A stretch of 59,669 nt of DNA, counting the filler, from Platydemus manokwari (taxonomy: Eukaryota): NCBI GenBank assembly GCA_037951405.1. It is 6 parts of 6 records of this genome, joined end to end, with 100 filler letters (N's around TTAATTAATTAA, not from the genome) between each part and the next. Parts side by side here need not be neighbours in the genome. Positions count along the whole stretch, not along the records: positions 12,816 to 21,967 come from JBBMOY011291762.1; positions 22,068 to 30,794 come from JBBMOY011359205.1; 4 more parts are not named here. The stretch is one strand, 5' to 3'. Shown piece after piece: positions 12,892-25,500 of the stretch. A program made the translations under genes and the position numbers. Each line of letters begins with the position of its first letter. The stretch's first letter is position 1. Under the pieces are notes generated by a model. The model had not been told where the DNA came from. It was given only the letters and a program-made list of their open reading frames with translations, and did no database searches.

Positions 12892-14439
12892 AATTTCATT
12901 ATTATTACCTCATTATCATTATAATTAAAAGTATTCAAATTTATTTAATGTATTATGTTTCCGCTATTATCTTGGCAAGGCGTCGGCAACCCAAACTGAA
13001 TAATTCACCGTCAAAATCTGTTGAAACTTTAAACAAATATTTCATAATCGTCACATTCATTGATTTGAACATACGACTATTTTATTAAATTTCACTAAAA
13101 GTTATATATAATATTCCTTGATTATATTCCGGTGCCGTATCAGTATATACATGACATTCTTTCTTAGTTCATTTGAAAGTCACATAATTATTAGTTTCCA
13201 TTTCAAAATAATAATCCATATAGTAAATATTATTTTTATTCACATTTATTGTTTATTAATATATTATTATTATTAATAATCATTAAAAAATATTATAATT
13301 ATAAAATTTATAATTAATCTAAAATAAATGATTATTAATAATCATCATATGAAAGATAGCATTTCCATTTGTAACTAAATAATCGATAATTTAAATTTTT
13401 TTCCATTTAATATAAATTATGAAGAATACACATAATTGGAATAAATTAACATAAATTAACAATAAACAAAATAACCATGTCAAGTCGGAATGGAATGATC
13501 AATAAATAGCTTCAGTATACCAACTGAAAAATGCAGTCATCGTTTGTTGAAATAATCAATCGCGATAGATCGAAAGCAGATTTTTACAAATGTTGTCATA
13601 TTTAATTTTAAGTGCAATCGGAATCACTTGGATTGTAATTGGTAATTATTGTTCACTCGTTACAGTTTAGAAATCTTTTCGCGCAATATTTTCATATTTT
13701 ATTTAAAAATTTTCTTCATGATTTGTTTAAATCGATTCTGATTTTAGTATTTTTAAATCATTAAATATTTCATTCATAAATATTCCCATGATATTTGCGT
13801 TACATATAATTGCAGTTCAAAATATAATGTTGAAAATATACAGTTGAAAATCATCATTAATTACGGTTGACGTAACTTTTATTTTGAAAAGGATTATTAT
13901 TAAAAGGATCGAAGTTCCTATTAATCATTATTAATGTTATTGTAATTATAATTTGTTAAAAATATAATAATTTTCGATCATATAATTGTTATATCGATGC
14001 AACACTGCAAACATTATCGATTATGAATTTCCATTAATGGACTGAAATTCTCTGCCTAAATGAATCTGATCACCATGTTGATACAAGACACTTTCCTTTA
14101 TTAAAACTTTTTTTCGTTTGTCTGTAAGTAGATAAAAATGAAGGATGCTTTTATTTGACTAATCTCACCTATTAAAAGGCTTTTCATCAGTGTGAGATGT
14201 AATACGATTGGTTCTTCATTTGCAATGGAATAGTGGATTTAACGATGAATAACTAATTATATTGTGAAGAGGTAAGCAGCAATAACTTACTGAAAATAGT
14301 TTTAATAAATCAACAAAGAGTTTTAGTAAATTATTTAAGTATTTTTAAGCATTTCAGTCCTTGATCTCTTGTATCACGTATTATATAACAGTATGATGAT
14401 ACAAAATTGTCAAAGTTCACTCTGAAATTACAAAAAACA

Positions 14440-14800
14440 CTGACTAATTTATACTATACAAAACAAATCCATTGATATTGCAGAAAATACTATGAATCAC
14501 GTGATAATCGACGTGATATTTAAGATACTTCTGAAAAGAGGAATAATACTAACATATAGTGAAAAATTATATACATGCTGATTCAAATATTTTTGATAAT
14601 CAAAGGTATTTATAAAGCTCGTTCTCAGATAATTTTTAAAGTAATTTATCATTTAAAACTCTGTAAGGAACCAAATATAATTTTATATTTCATTTGTTTC
14701 GCTATTACGGGTATTACTAACACATTGAGAATGACAAATACAAATACAAAGGATAATAAAATAATAATTGTGAATAATTGCGTAACGTCACTCGGAGCTA
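14440..14800 (-). pseudogene. Possible decayed rhodopsin-type GPCR
   Basis: TM1-like LFTIIILLSFVFVFVILNVLVIPVIAKQMK, then stops, then TM3-like FIVFSAISMDLFCIV (cf. AIS.DRY.AV) at about the expected spacing. Confidence 0.3.
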
Positions 14801-17800
14801 GGGGAATAGCAGTTTTATGAGGATACAAATAAATCAAAAATTATACCTGACGATTTCGGGAATAAAACAGAACTAGTATGAAGAACCAAATCACTCAAAT
14901 GAAACTACAATCAATTTGAGAAAACTCTGATGACAGTGACCAATCAAAATCAATCAAATGACTTTGAAATCTACATGGATGAAAACGAATTACCAAACAA
15001 GAGGAACATTATATGATACAGGCAGAAACCAGCTGCTAAGATAGCAAAGAGTTCTTATGGATAAAATTTCATTTTAAAATAAATCTCTATATTTTCAAAC
15101 AGTGCAAAAGTGATCTCACTTTATGGGAGTAAATTAAATATTTAATCCCAATTAAGCTATTGAAATTTTTACTGTTTGATCACATTTTTCCAAACGATCG
15201 CATTTATATTTTCGAAACAGGAGTTTCTACAGTCTTTACACCAATTCTTAATTTGAAATTTTAATTTTTTTAAATTAAATTGGCGCACTTTAATAAATGA
15301 AAGATGTCTTATCAATATTTTTTTATACAACATCATCAAATGATGATCGAAATTTGCCATGAAATTATAAATCAAATCAATAATATTCAGAAATAACATC
15401 GAGAATTATATTAATAAAATAAATAATTATTAATAATAATATTCTCGACTTAATTTGAGATTTTTCAGTGAATTGGAGAAATATGAAATGAAAGTTTGAG
15501 TTAGCGATTTCACCGGTTAAGATTCACAACATTTCTTAAATAATAAAAAATCAAAAAAATTTAAAAATAACCACAAATTATAGATTAGATAAGAAGAAAA
15601 TGTATGTCTTCGATGAGATAAACAATTTCTATTCTACTTCTATAAAATCAGAAACAAAATTATCACAATATTCTATGCTGAAGAATAAGTGAAAAATTGT
15701 TGATGAGGATTCCTATTTCAATCATTCCCTATTTCAGCTATTATTTCCTTGTCAATAAATTCTAAAAATTCTAACACTCTGAGGAATTTAGTCGTGAATC
15801 CATTATTTATTTTATCAAGATTTTAAAAGCAATTTTATCCACCTACACACTGCCAAATCACTGATAAGGAATTGCCTTTAAATGCACAATAAATAATTTA
15901 GCAGTTATTCATAATAAAGTTATCGATTGGAAAACTGTTTCATCTGATTCGATATCCATTAATAATAGGGAATTAAACTTAACTATCCACTTCTGAAGGT
16001 CAATTTTAAAATTTAATAATTTAATATATATTTTATAAAATTAATGTTGATTTGTCACAGTATTCAAATTGATTTTCAAACTACTTTTTATATAAAAATT
16101 TCGAAATATCAGTGATGATAAATATAAATAGAAATGATATTAGATTTGTAAAAAATGCATATTAATTGGTTTGGTTGATTGGATATTCTCAGAATTATTA
16201 CAAGCTTCGATTTTAAAAATTTTATTTTTGGCCTTTTAACTCGTGATGAGTTTGTTTTGAAATTAAATAAAATACTGTTGACATTATGATTAATATTACT
16301 CTCGGAGTCATCAATGAATTTTATTTTAATTTTTTAAGTTGCTAGTAGATTTTATTTTAGAAGAAATGCTATTGAATGGATTGATAAATCAAATTTTTTG
16401 TCAGACAATTTTATTTCCTGATAAAACTTCTGTATTATTTGTTAAAACTTTTATACGATTTAACAAAAATCAAAAAATAAATCGTTTAGTTTTAATTAAT
16501 GGTACATTTTTGGCTTGTAAACTTTATTGATTTGTTTTATAACTCTAAATTGACTATTTAGTGAACCACTTCAAATCAAAATAAAGATAAAGACTTTTAT
16601 CGATTTCTAGCGAAAGCAATGAAATTATTTGGAAAACTCGTTGTTTGTTATCTGAAAAAATATAATAAATTAAAAGAATCAATTTTATTGCTTCCAATAA
16701 AAATAGAAATGTTAAACTATTGGATAAAAATAATGTGATTGATTTTTAAAGCCTTTAACCAAAAAAACCAAACTTAGATTCCCTTGAAGCCTATTTACTC
16801 AAAAATAAATCAATTATTTTGTTTGGATAAGCTAATTAACTCAATTGCGATAGAAGATTGTGGAAATCGATATGAGATGTTTAGATTATAATCATTATTT
16901 TGTTCGACATATGTTTGAGCATTAACTAATGATGTTCCTTTGATATAATTGATCAATATTCATTGAGTTTCTTATATGGATTGGAGATTATAATAATTTA
17001 TTTCAAAAATTGCCCTTTCCCTGCTAATGATTCTGTGACAATACATACAAATAGTTCAAGAATTGAAATTTCTGTTTTAGGAAACAGTTTCATAAGATCA
17101 GCTGAGAACGAGCATCATGTGCCGAATTTGTATCAACCTAATATAATTACACTTGAATATCGATGTCGAAATTTGTGATGGAATTTTTAACAAATTAAAA
17201 ATAAATTTGCACAGAACTTGTTTTGTACAAATTGATGTCATTCTTATAAGGCTTTTATAAACCTCTTGTCAGCAACTTCTTCAATTTTCATTTTTACTAG
17301 GTGAGTATTGCAATTATCGTTTATGAAGAGAATAGTATTTGGATATTATTGGATGATATATGATGTTATTATATAGTTTTGAAATATGTCATTATATAAA
17401 ATATAAAATAACTTTTAAAATTTTTAATTGTTTTTCAATAATTTTCCAGAAATTTTATTATATCAACTAAATTTCAGCTTTAATATTATCGATTTTATGG
17501 TTGATTTTCATTCTAAAATCTGGGATAATTTCTCATAATTCCGTTTATTATTTTATATTAAATTATAATATTATCGCTAAAGATGAAAAAGATTTTATAT
17601 TTCAACCCAAATGATAATAAACATATTGAATTTATTCGACATGGAAAAGAATACTTTTTCCAATGGTAGTCACGAGTGTCAACCCTCAAAATACATATTA
17701 TTAAATATGGAAAGTTAGGATTTTTAAAAATTGGATTTTTTTTCATTATCGTTTAGAAGAAAAATGATTTAAATTTAAATTTAATGACAATAGAACATGT

Positions 17801-18638
17801 GACATTGATGTGAGAGGGACCTTGATTGGATGACCTTCAATGGATGTGGCTATGGATTTCAGTTTGAACTTTAAAGATTTGCATAAACATTTACGATCAT
17901 ATGTTGTTGTTTATTCGTGTGTATAATAACGAACACATTTTCAATTTAAATAAAGCCAGAGGTATTTCTATGAATAATTGAGCGAATAAAGTCCAGTCGG
18001 ACAACATAAATAAGTTGATTACTAAGTAGTATCTATTTGGAATTTGGAAATTTGTTTTATTCAATAATCAGCCTGTCGTTTTATTGTTGTCGTTTTTCAT
18101 AGAAATTCTTTGAAAAATGTGTCCAGCTTTATGTTGTACATGGTTTGTTCGTAGTCATGTTGTTTGCTAGTACTGTTTCTATACAAACATGTAATGATAA
18201 TGCCAAAAACAAGATTGTTCGATAGAATGATATTTATTTCAAAAATATATTTCTGTTAAGTAGCTTATGAGACCTGATCTGTGCCAATAATACTTGAACC
18301 ATTCATCAAATATAGAAATGATCTTCTGTATTTAATAAGTATAAACCTAATGATGATAAATTATTTTTTTCAAGGAAATCTTCAGAAGACGTTAAATTAT
18401 ACATGTTTCATTTGGTAATGAACTAGTTTAATGATTGAGTAGATATTTTCATTCAAATTATTCATTTAGATGATAATATAATAAATCTGTTAAGTTCAAC
18501 AACGTTAAAAAAATCCTTTACCTCAGAGTAAATTTAGAAAACACAAGACAATTTAAAAAAACAAATAAAGCGAAGAAATTTTAACATAATTTTATTTGGT
18601 AGATGTCAACACATAAATATCAACTGGCAGTCATGAAA

Positions 18639-21600
18639 TTAAGTTTTCTTAAGATTGATTCCAGAACACTCGAGATGAAATGTTTTGTCTCCTGAGATGA
18701 TTCTTTTATTTTCTTGGCCACCGTATTGTGGTCGAATAGGTTCACCACAAGCATCACAGCGTGGAGCATATCTTTTATGAAAATCATCCAAGCAAAACAT
18801 TCGCTCATGAACATCTACCGTAAAGGCTTTGCCATCTAAACAACAATTACATACAGTGCACGTGAAACATTTCGGATGATACGGATGACCCAGTACACGA
18901 ATTATTCGATCATTAATGATAAAATTGCAGATAGTACATTTCTCTAGCGATTCATGAACGCATCTTGAACACAAGAGCCGTTTTTGGGCATAGAAGAACG
19001 AATCAACGTTCAAATTGGCTTCACATCGATAACAGCTGAAACATGCTTGATGAAAAACCGTATTTAGAGGTCCATTTATTTGTCCAACAGCCAATTTTCC
19101 ATTGCCAGGATTGGTGGATCCTGGTTCGAACGATTTACCACACCTATGACATTCATTGGTTGAAATCGAAGATTGTCTACTTAAAGAACCCGTTGTTGAA
19201 GTAGAAGAAGTGGAAGTTATCGGTTGGCTGTTAGTTCCTGACACTCTTTTACTACTGTAAGGTTGATTTGTCATCATAGGTGATGTATTGTAACCTCGTG
19301 AATCTATTAAATAAATCATTTTACTTATAAAAACACAATTTATAAATAAAGTTCTACTTTAAAATTTTGATAATGTGAAAGTCTCGGTGAACATAAAACC
19401 TACAGGTAATTCTAAGAAACAAACTCTGATTAGCTTTGACAAAATTTACCGAAAGTTTCAAGATGTATTCACGTATTCAGGTCTGGTGATTGTCAATATT
19501 CCCAAATAAACCCATTAAATAAAGTAATACGAGTAATACACAACATAAAATGAAAGATGAAATATTTAAAATAAATGGCCCATTGTATAAGTAATATAAT
19601 AATTATTTAATAATTTTGGAATGTGTACAGAATTGAAATTATTATTTATCAACTTCCCTCTAACCATTTCATATTTACTTCTCCTAACACATCTTCTTTT
19701 ATATAAGTACACCTACTTCTATTATGAAATTCATTGCAATACCTAATGTCACACACTGATTTTATCATCATCAGAAATATTGTGGGGATCAAAACTGTAA
19801 TAATTTTAAAGTCGTGACATTGAATTCCGACATAATTATTATTATATATATAAACTATAATTTGTTTAAACAAAGTAGTTAAATATACTTTTATGTTGAA
19901 TTTTATAAACGCAAATTCAATGAAATAGTTGAGGTTTACAGTAATAATATATATAGACGAACACACATTCAGTAATTCATAAATTACTTCTTTTGTGGAG
20001 ATTTTTGATATTTATATTATTCGATACTTCTTTAATTCATTCAAAACTGTCAATCTTAACTCACATATAATATTCATCTGTATTCCCTAACTATGATTTT
20101 TCTCTTTCTCGTTTTTTATTATATAATTTGTGATAAGTTTATATGGAGCCAAAATACAATTAAAACAGATGCCCATCACCAAGCAGTATAATGTTCTAAC
20201 CCAGCAACTATCAAATTATTTAAAGGGTGAATTCGATATTCTACCGACACTAAATATTAGAAATAATTACGAAAACCCCTTTTATAGGAAGACAAAAATA
20301 TTGGAAATATCACGAATAAATTCAGCAAGCTTCATGACCCTGAAAATGCCTATTAATACTTTCTTCAAAATACATCAATTCCATCTGACATTTCTGTGGT
20401 TTTGTGAAAGCATTAAAATCATAAAGTTGAACTGTAAATATTATTTTAAAATATTAAAAATGGCATTATAATGACAACAATTGGCCCATTTGATAAGTTA
20501 TAATAAATTCATAAATATAATAAAAATCTTTCAAAATATATTTATATTATCAATGTATTGCAAATGGTCAATATGTTGTTGAAACATATGTTGCCAATTG
20601 CAATTCAAATGAGACAAAATTCCAATTTATCATCAGGATTTCAGATTTATTGAGATCAAATTTGAAATTTTATTTCATGGCACAAAAATTCGCACCCATT
20701 CAAACAACAATGGTGACATAATTTTATATAATTTTTATATGCCATTTGAAAAATATTCTGCAATGCATTTAGATGAAACTAATGAAATATGGATTTTAGC
20801 TTTATATTTAATAATGATTGTGAAGCCATGGGATTGGATAATTACTATGTAGACACTTTCAAAGAAATAATGGAGTCTTATTAATGTCACTGAAAAGTTT
20901 TCTCAAATTTTCGAATCATTTAATATTGAATTCAAAGATATTTTTTAGTTTTGAACAGGTTCGATAAAAAACTTTCTAAATTTTTAATCACTATTCTTGG
21001 ATATGGTTTTTATCACTTTACATCGTTAACAAGGCTTATCTTAGAAGGTGGGATAAAAATCTTTAGTTGAAAGTACAACAATAAATTCATAAATTATTCT
21101 GTCATTGAAAAGCCACTATTTATTGATTTAATTCCTGTATTATTTATATTTTTATTTTATTATTTTTTCTATCAAATTTATCATTTCAGATAATTACTAC
21201 CCACTTGTCACATTATTTTGAAATTAAAAAATTTCCCCTATGTCAGAATCAATTAATTCGACTCATAAATAAACTTCTATAACAACTTCAACAAAAATTA
21301 AAGAATATTTCTTTCTAATTTGAAGACAAATCAAGTTGCTGACTTGGCCTATTCAAGTATTATTAACTACCATTAATGTAAAAATAAAAAGTGGTACTGT
21401 ATAGTTTTAAATTAACATTAGGTTTGGATAACTTTTTGCTTGAGAATTATTTTAGAGAAAAAAACATTGAAAATTCATTTTGCAAAAGTGTTGTTGAAAA
21501 TTCTTACTTTGATCTTTACTGTCGGTTTTGTTACCAATGCTTTTGATAAGAATGTTCGTTAAAGCATCGACTTCGGCTTCGGAATTTCTTCTCATTTGGG

Positions 21601-21814
21601 ATAAATTATTTTTTGGAGAATCTGAAAATCCACTTGATTTTCTCGTCGTTGTTGAACAATCAAAACTATTTGTAGACGGTAAATGAACAACGGGTATGAG
21701 AGTTGCTGTTGTCATCTCATCATTATAATTTGTGAAATTCGGTTTAGATAACCTTCTTTCTTGAGGATATTGATCTCGGTCTCTAGTATCGACGGTAAAG
21801 TTGTATAGGCGACT
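18639..21814 (-). CDS. Zyxin/LPP/TRIP6-family LIM protein, 5'-partial; exons 21508-21814 and 18639-19303
   Basis: Two complete LIM domains (CHRC...FHQACFSCYRC...CSRC; CTIC...YHPKCFTCTVC...CLDDFHKRYAPRC) with family-typical linkers, plus an NES-like EAEVDALTNILIKSI in the upstream exon. A phase-1 intron GTAAGA...TTAATAG (19304-21507) joins them in frame. No start exon was found before the contig end. Confidence 0.9.
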
Positions 21815-21967
21815 CTATCAAAAAAAGGTTACATTAAAGCTATGTGAACTCACACTAATAAAATTGATTTTCAATAAAATATTATATAGAACTTGAATTC
21901 GTCAAAGAATAATCCAGAAAAATAAATTAGATAAATAAATAAAAATTATTTGATGAAAATTTCTGTC

Positions 21968-22067
21968 NNNNNNNNNNNNNNNNNNNNNNNNNNNNNNNNN
22001 NNNNNNNNNNNTTAATTAATTAANNNNNNNNNNNNNNNNNNNNNNNNNNNNNNNNNNNNNNNNNNNN
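21968..22067. other. Artificial contig spacer
   Basis: 44N-TTAATTAATTAA-44N. Confidence 0.98.
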
Positions 22068-22553
22068 ATTTTAATCAAAATTATAATTATTAAAGTAGTA
22101 ATGACAATCTAAACTAATAATTAACTGATAATATATACATAATACATTAATAATCATAAATAAAAATTAATAACCATAAAATTTCACCGATATATCATAT
22201 TAGGTGTGCAAATGAGCGTGAAAATTATGGAAAATTATAATTGGGATTTATACAATTACTATCATTATCACAAATAACATCACGATTTTACATTTATCGT
22301 TATTATATCTGTGGTGTTAAATTTATTTATTGATAAAAAATACTCCTGACCGTAAATGTCATTATTATTATAAAACATGATATCAAATCATTAGCCTTAT
22401 CTTCTAATATCAAAACAATCAAAACTTACTCGGCCTCTTCATTGATGACGTCAAATTGATTCTTGATCTTTACAAATTTATCTAAAAATGTTCCGAAATC
22501 ATGTTAAGCCTACTGAACAATGAACCAACCATTTAAATTGCTAGAATCAACCT

Positions 22554-25500
22554 CCTCAGATAAATCCTCAGATAAATCATCGCAATCATCATAAACAATA
22601 CTATCTTCCTACAATTATCAAATATTATTAAGAAGTTAATCGTTCAACGCAAAAATACTTCTGAACTGGTGTCTTCGTTTAACATTTCTGGTACATTTTT
22701 AAAAGAAACTGGAAACGAAAAATTATTATAAAAATAAACAGAGTATGTTAATAACACATATTATGTAAATATCATTAAAATTGAGGTAAAAATCTTTCAT
22801 AATGTCTTCGTGAACAAAAATCTGTAGAGCTTACGGTATTTGTAAATAACAAAAAAATTTCATAATATCGAAATAAAGTTCAATTAAAATAATGATAATT
22901 AGTAATAAAATAAATATAAATAAATAAAAATGATTAATCTGAATATTTAAAGGAAGTAATAAAAAATCAATAATATACCAGATTTTTTAAGAGATTTGCA
23001 AGATCCTTGTAGAATTGCTGAAAGTCCAATAATCGGTTTACGAATTCCGGCACTCGGTAATCGTGTTGATTCGAAATAACTGTTTTTGTTGATGACAGTA
23101 TTATCAACAGAGCATATAGATTCGATTTTTTTCGATGACTTTTGGCTTCTAGTGGATTTTTGTTTCGATAATCTTGTTGATTTCAGGTCACTGTTGTTGA
23201 TGTCAGGATTATCATTAGAACAAATAGATTCGATTTTTTTCAATGACTTTTGGCTTCTAATAGATTTTTGAGTAGATAATTTTGTTGATTTCAGTTCACT
23301 GTTTTTGTTGATGTCGGAATTATCAACTGAACATATTGATTCGATTTTTTTCGACGACTTTTGGATTCCAATGGATATCTGATTTGATAATTTTTCAATT
23401 GCTGTTGTTATTTGTGTTTTATAATCAGATTGATTATTGATGTATTGATTATTTGACTGATCCAAATATATGTCATCGTCACAATTGGCTGGTAATGGTG
23501 GATATCCCGATCTATCCTCATCAACAATACTAACACATCGCGACAGATCACACTGGGCTTCAACACTGATTCTTTTTGGCAGAAATTTTGAAATACTAGT
23601 TTTGATGGTTTGTGTTCCAGCATCCACGTACTTAGGTTTGTTGTCAACACAACAATCTGTTTCATTATCTTGTTTGCCAATTGCTAAAACACTACAATCT
23701 CTTATTCCTCCTCCTATTTGTGCCATACAATCAACTGATATTACTTGTAAATTTTGAGAGATTTCATTATCAATATTTTCTCGATCTATCATTTTCAAAT
23801 CATTATTCACGGACGAATATTGTTCGGCTGGAATCACATTAACGGTTTCTTTATCTGCAAATTCCATCGGCGGTATTATGGATAGAGATAAATTGGATTT
23901 GAAAGGTGATATAGATGTCGTTTGTCCGACATGGTTATGAGGTGTTTGATTAATATCTGTTGAATAATAGCTATCTACTTGATTTCTTAATGAACACTCT
24001 AATTTTTGTGCTAATTCCTGAGTATTGGTTGATTCTTCACACACGAGGTGTACATTATTATCAGAGGACGTCTTATTATCATTATAAGATGTATTATTGG
24101 AGACTTGATTAATATCAACATTGGAAACACTGACACATTGTGATTCTAATTTATCAACATGATGTTGTGAATTATTAAACGATAAGCTCTTTAACTTATA
24201 ATCAGGCAAGCTATTGCAATGATTATTATGGTAATCATCAGATACATTTGATCTATCAACATGAAATGTATTCATTTTATTATCCTTCATTTTTCGAGTT
24301 TCACTGCGTAAAGTATATCGTTTAATGGTATTGTTAGATATTGATTTTCTGTGTCTCTTCTTTCTTTTATTTAAAGATGGTACCGTGCTTTCATTTAATT
24401 TTTGATCAATTTTTTCAGATAATACCATCGATTTATTGATTATTTTAGAAGGTGATCTGGAACGTGCTGATGGTGATAATTGGTCAACGATTTGAAAGGA
24501 AAAATTCTGACTATTTGGAAATTCAATGACTTGTTTGTTTTGATCTGTTTCCCTATCAACAATACCAGTCGAACAGATTTCTTGATCATGTATGGAATTG
24601 TTTTTGATTTTATCATAATCAAATGGATCATCGAAATTAATCGAATCAACGAATCTCCTTTCATCAATTTTATCTAGTTCAATATCTAACAGTTGGGGAG
24701 AAATGTTCCTATTATCATCGGAAGCAACAATTTCGATTCTGTTATCATCAAATGTAGCATCTAAATCAACAGAATATGCTAATGGTTCATTTCTATTATT
24801 TATTTGTTGATAATCAATATGTTCACTGAATGATGGTATAATATCAGGAAGCATACCATAAATCTCGGAGAAGTTATTAATGTTATTGTTTCTAGTCAAT
24901 GAAGATTCCTCATCAATGTTGTTACATGTATCAACAAATGAATCAATAGATTGATTAAACTTGATCACTTCTGGCTCATTCTCAACAGAAGTGCGGATTT
25001 CCTCATTTTTCGATTCATCATTAAATGAACAAATTCTTTCCATTGTATTTGATATTTTAGGTGAATTTTTAGCGGAAATTTGAATTTCTTGATAATTTAT
25101 TGATTTATCGATATTTATCATTTCTGATCTTTTCGTTAAATCTAATATAGAAAATTGATTTTTGTTTATTCCAATATTTCTGATGGCATTATTTTTATTA
25201 TTCGATATTGATTTGACTTCTTTCTGTGCATGTGAATGTGAAGGCAATTCACGAATATCAGTAATTTCTTTGCTAATAACATCAGTTATTGACGAATCTT
25301 TATTTAAGGTAATTGATGATGATGAGTTTTGATTATGTGATTTGTTGCGCAAATTATATCTGGATTGATTATCTGTAGATATTTCTGAAGAAACATTCGG
25401 TGTTTGTCTTGATTTGGATTCATTTTTTCTTTTTTTCGATCTTTTTGTTGTGTGTGATTCTGATAAGCTTTCAATAAGCTGTCCCCCATAGGGTTTCCTA

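Noticed and set aside
16900-17300. Exon-like stretch ending in a GTGAGT donor
   Set aside because: No frame stays open across it and no family is recognisable.
19649-20471. 105-aa and 113-aa ORFs inside the LIM gene intron
   Set aside because: No recognisable domain, non-ATG starts, intronic position.
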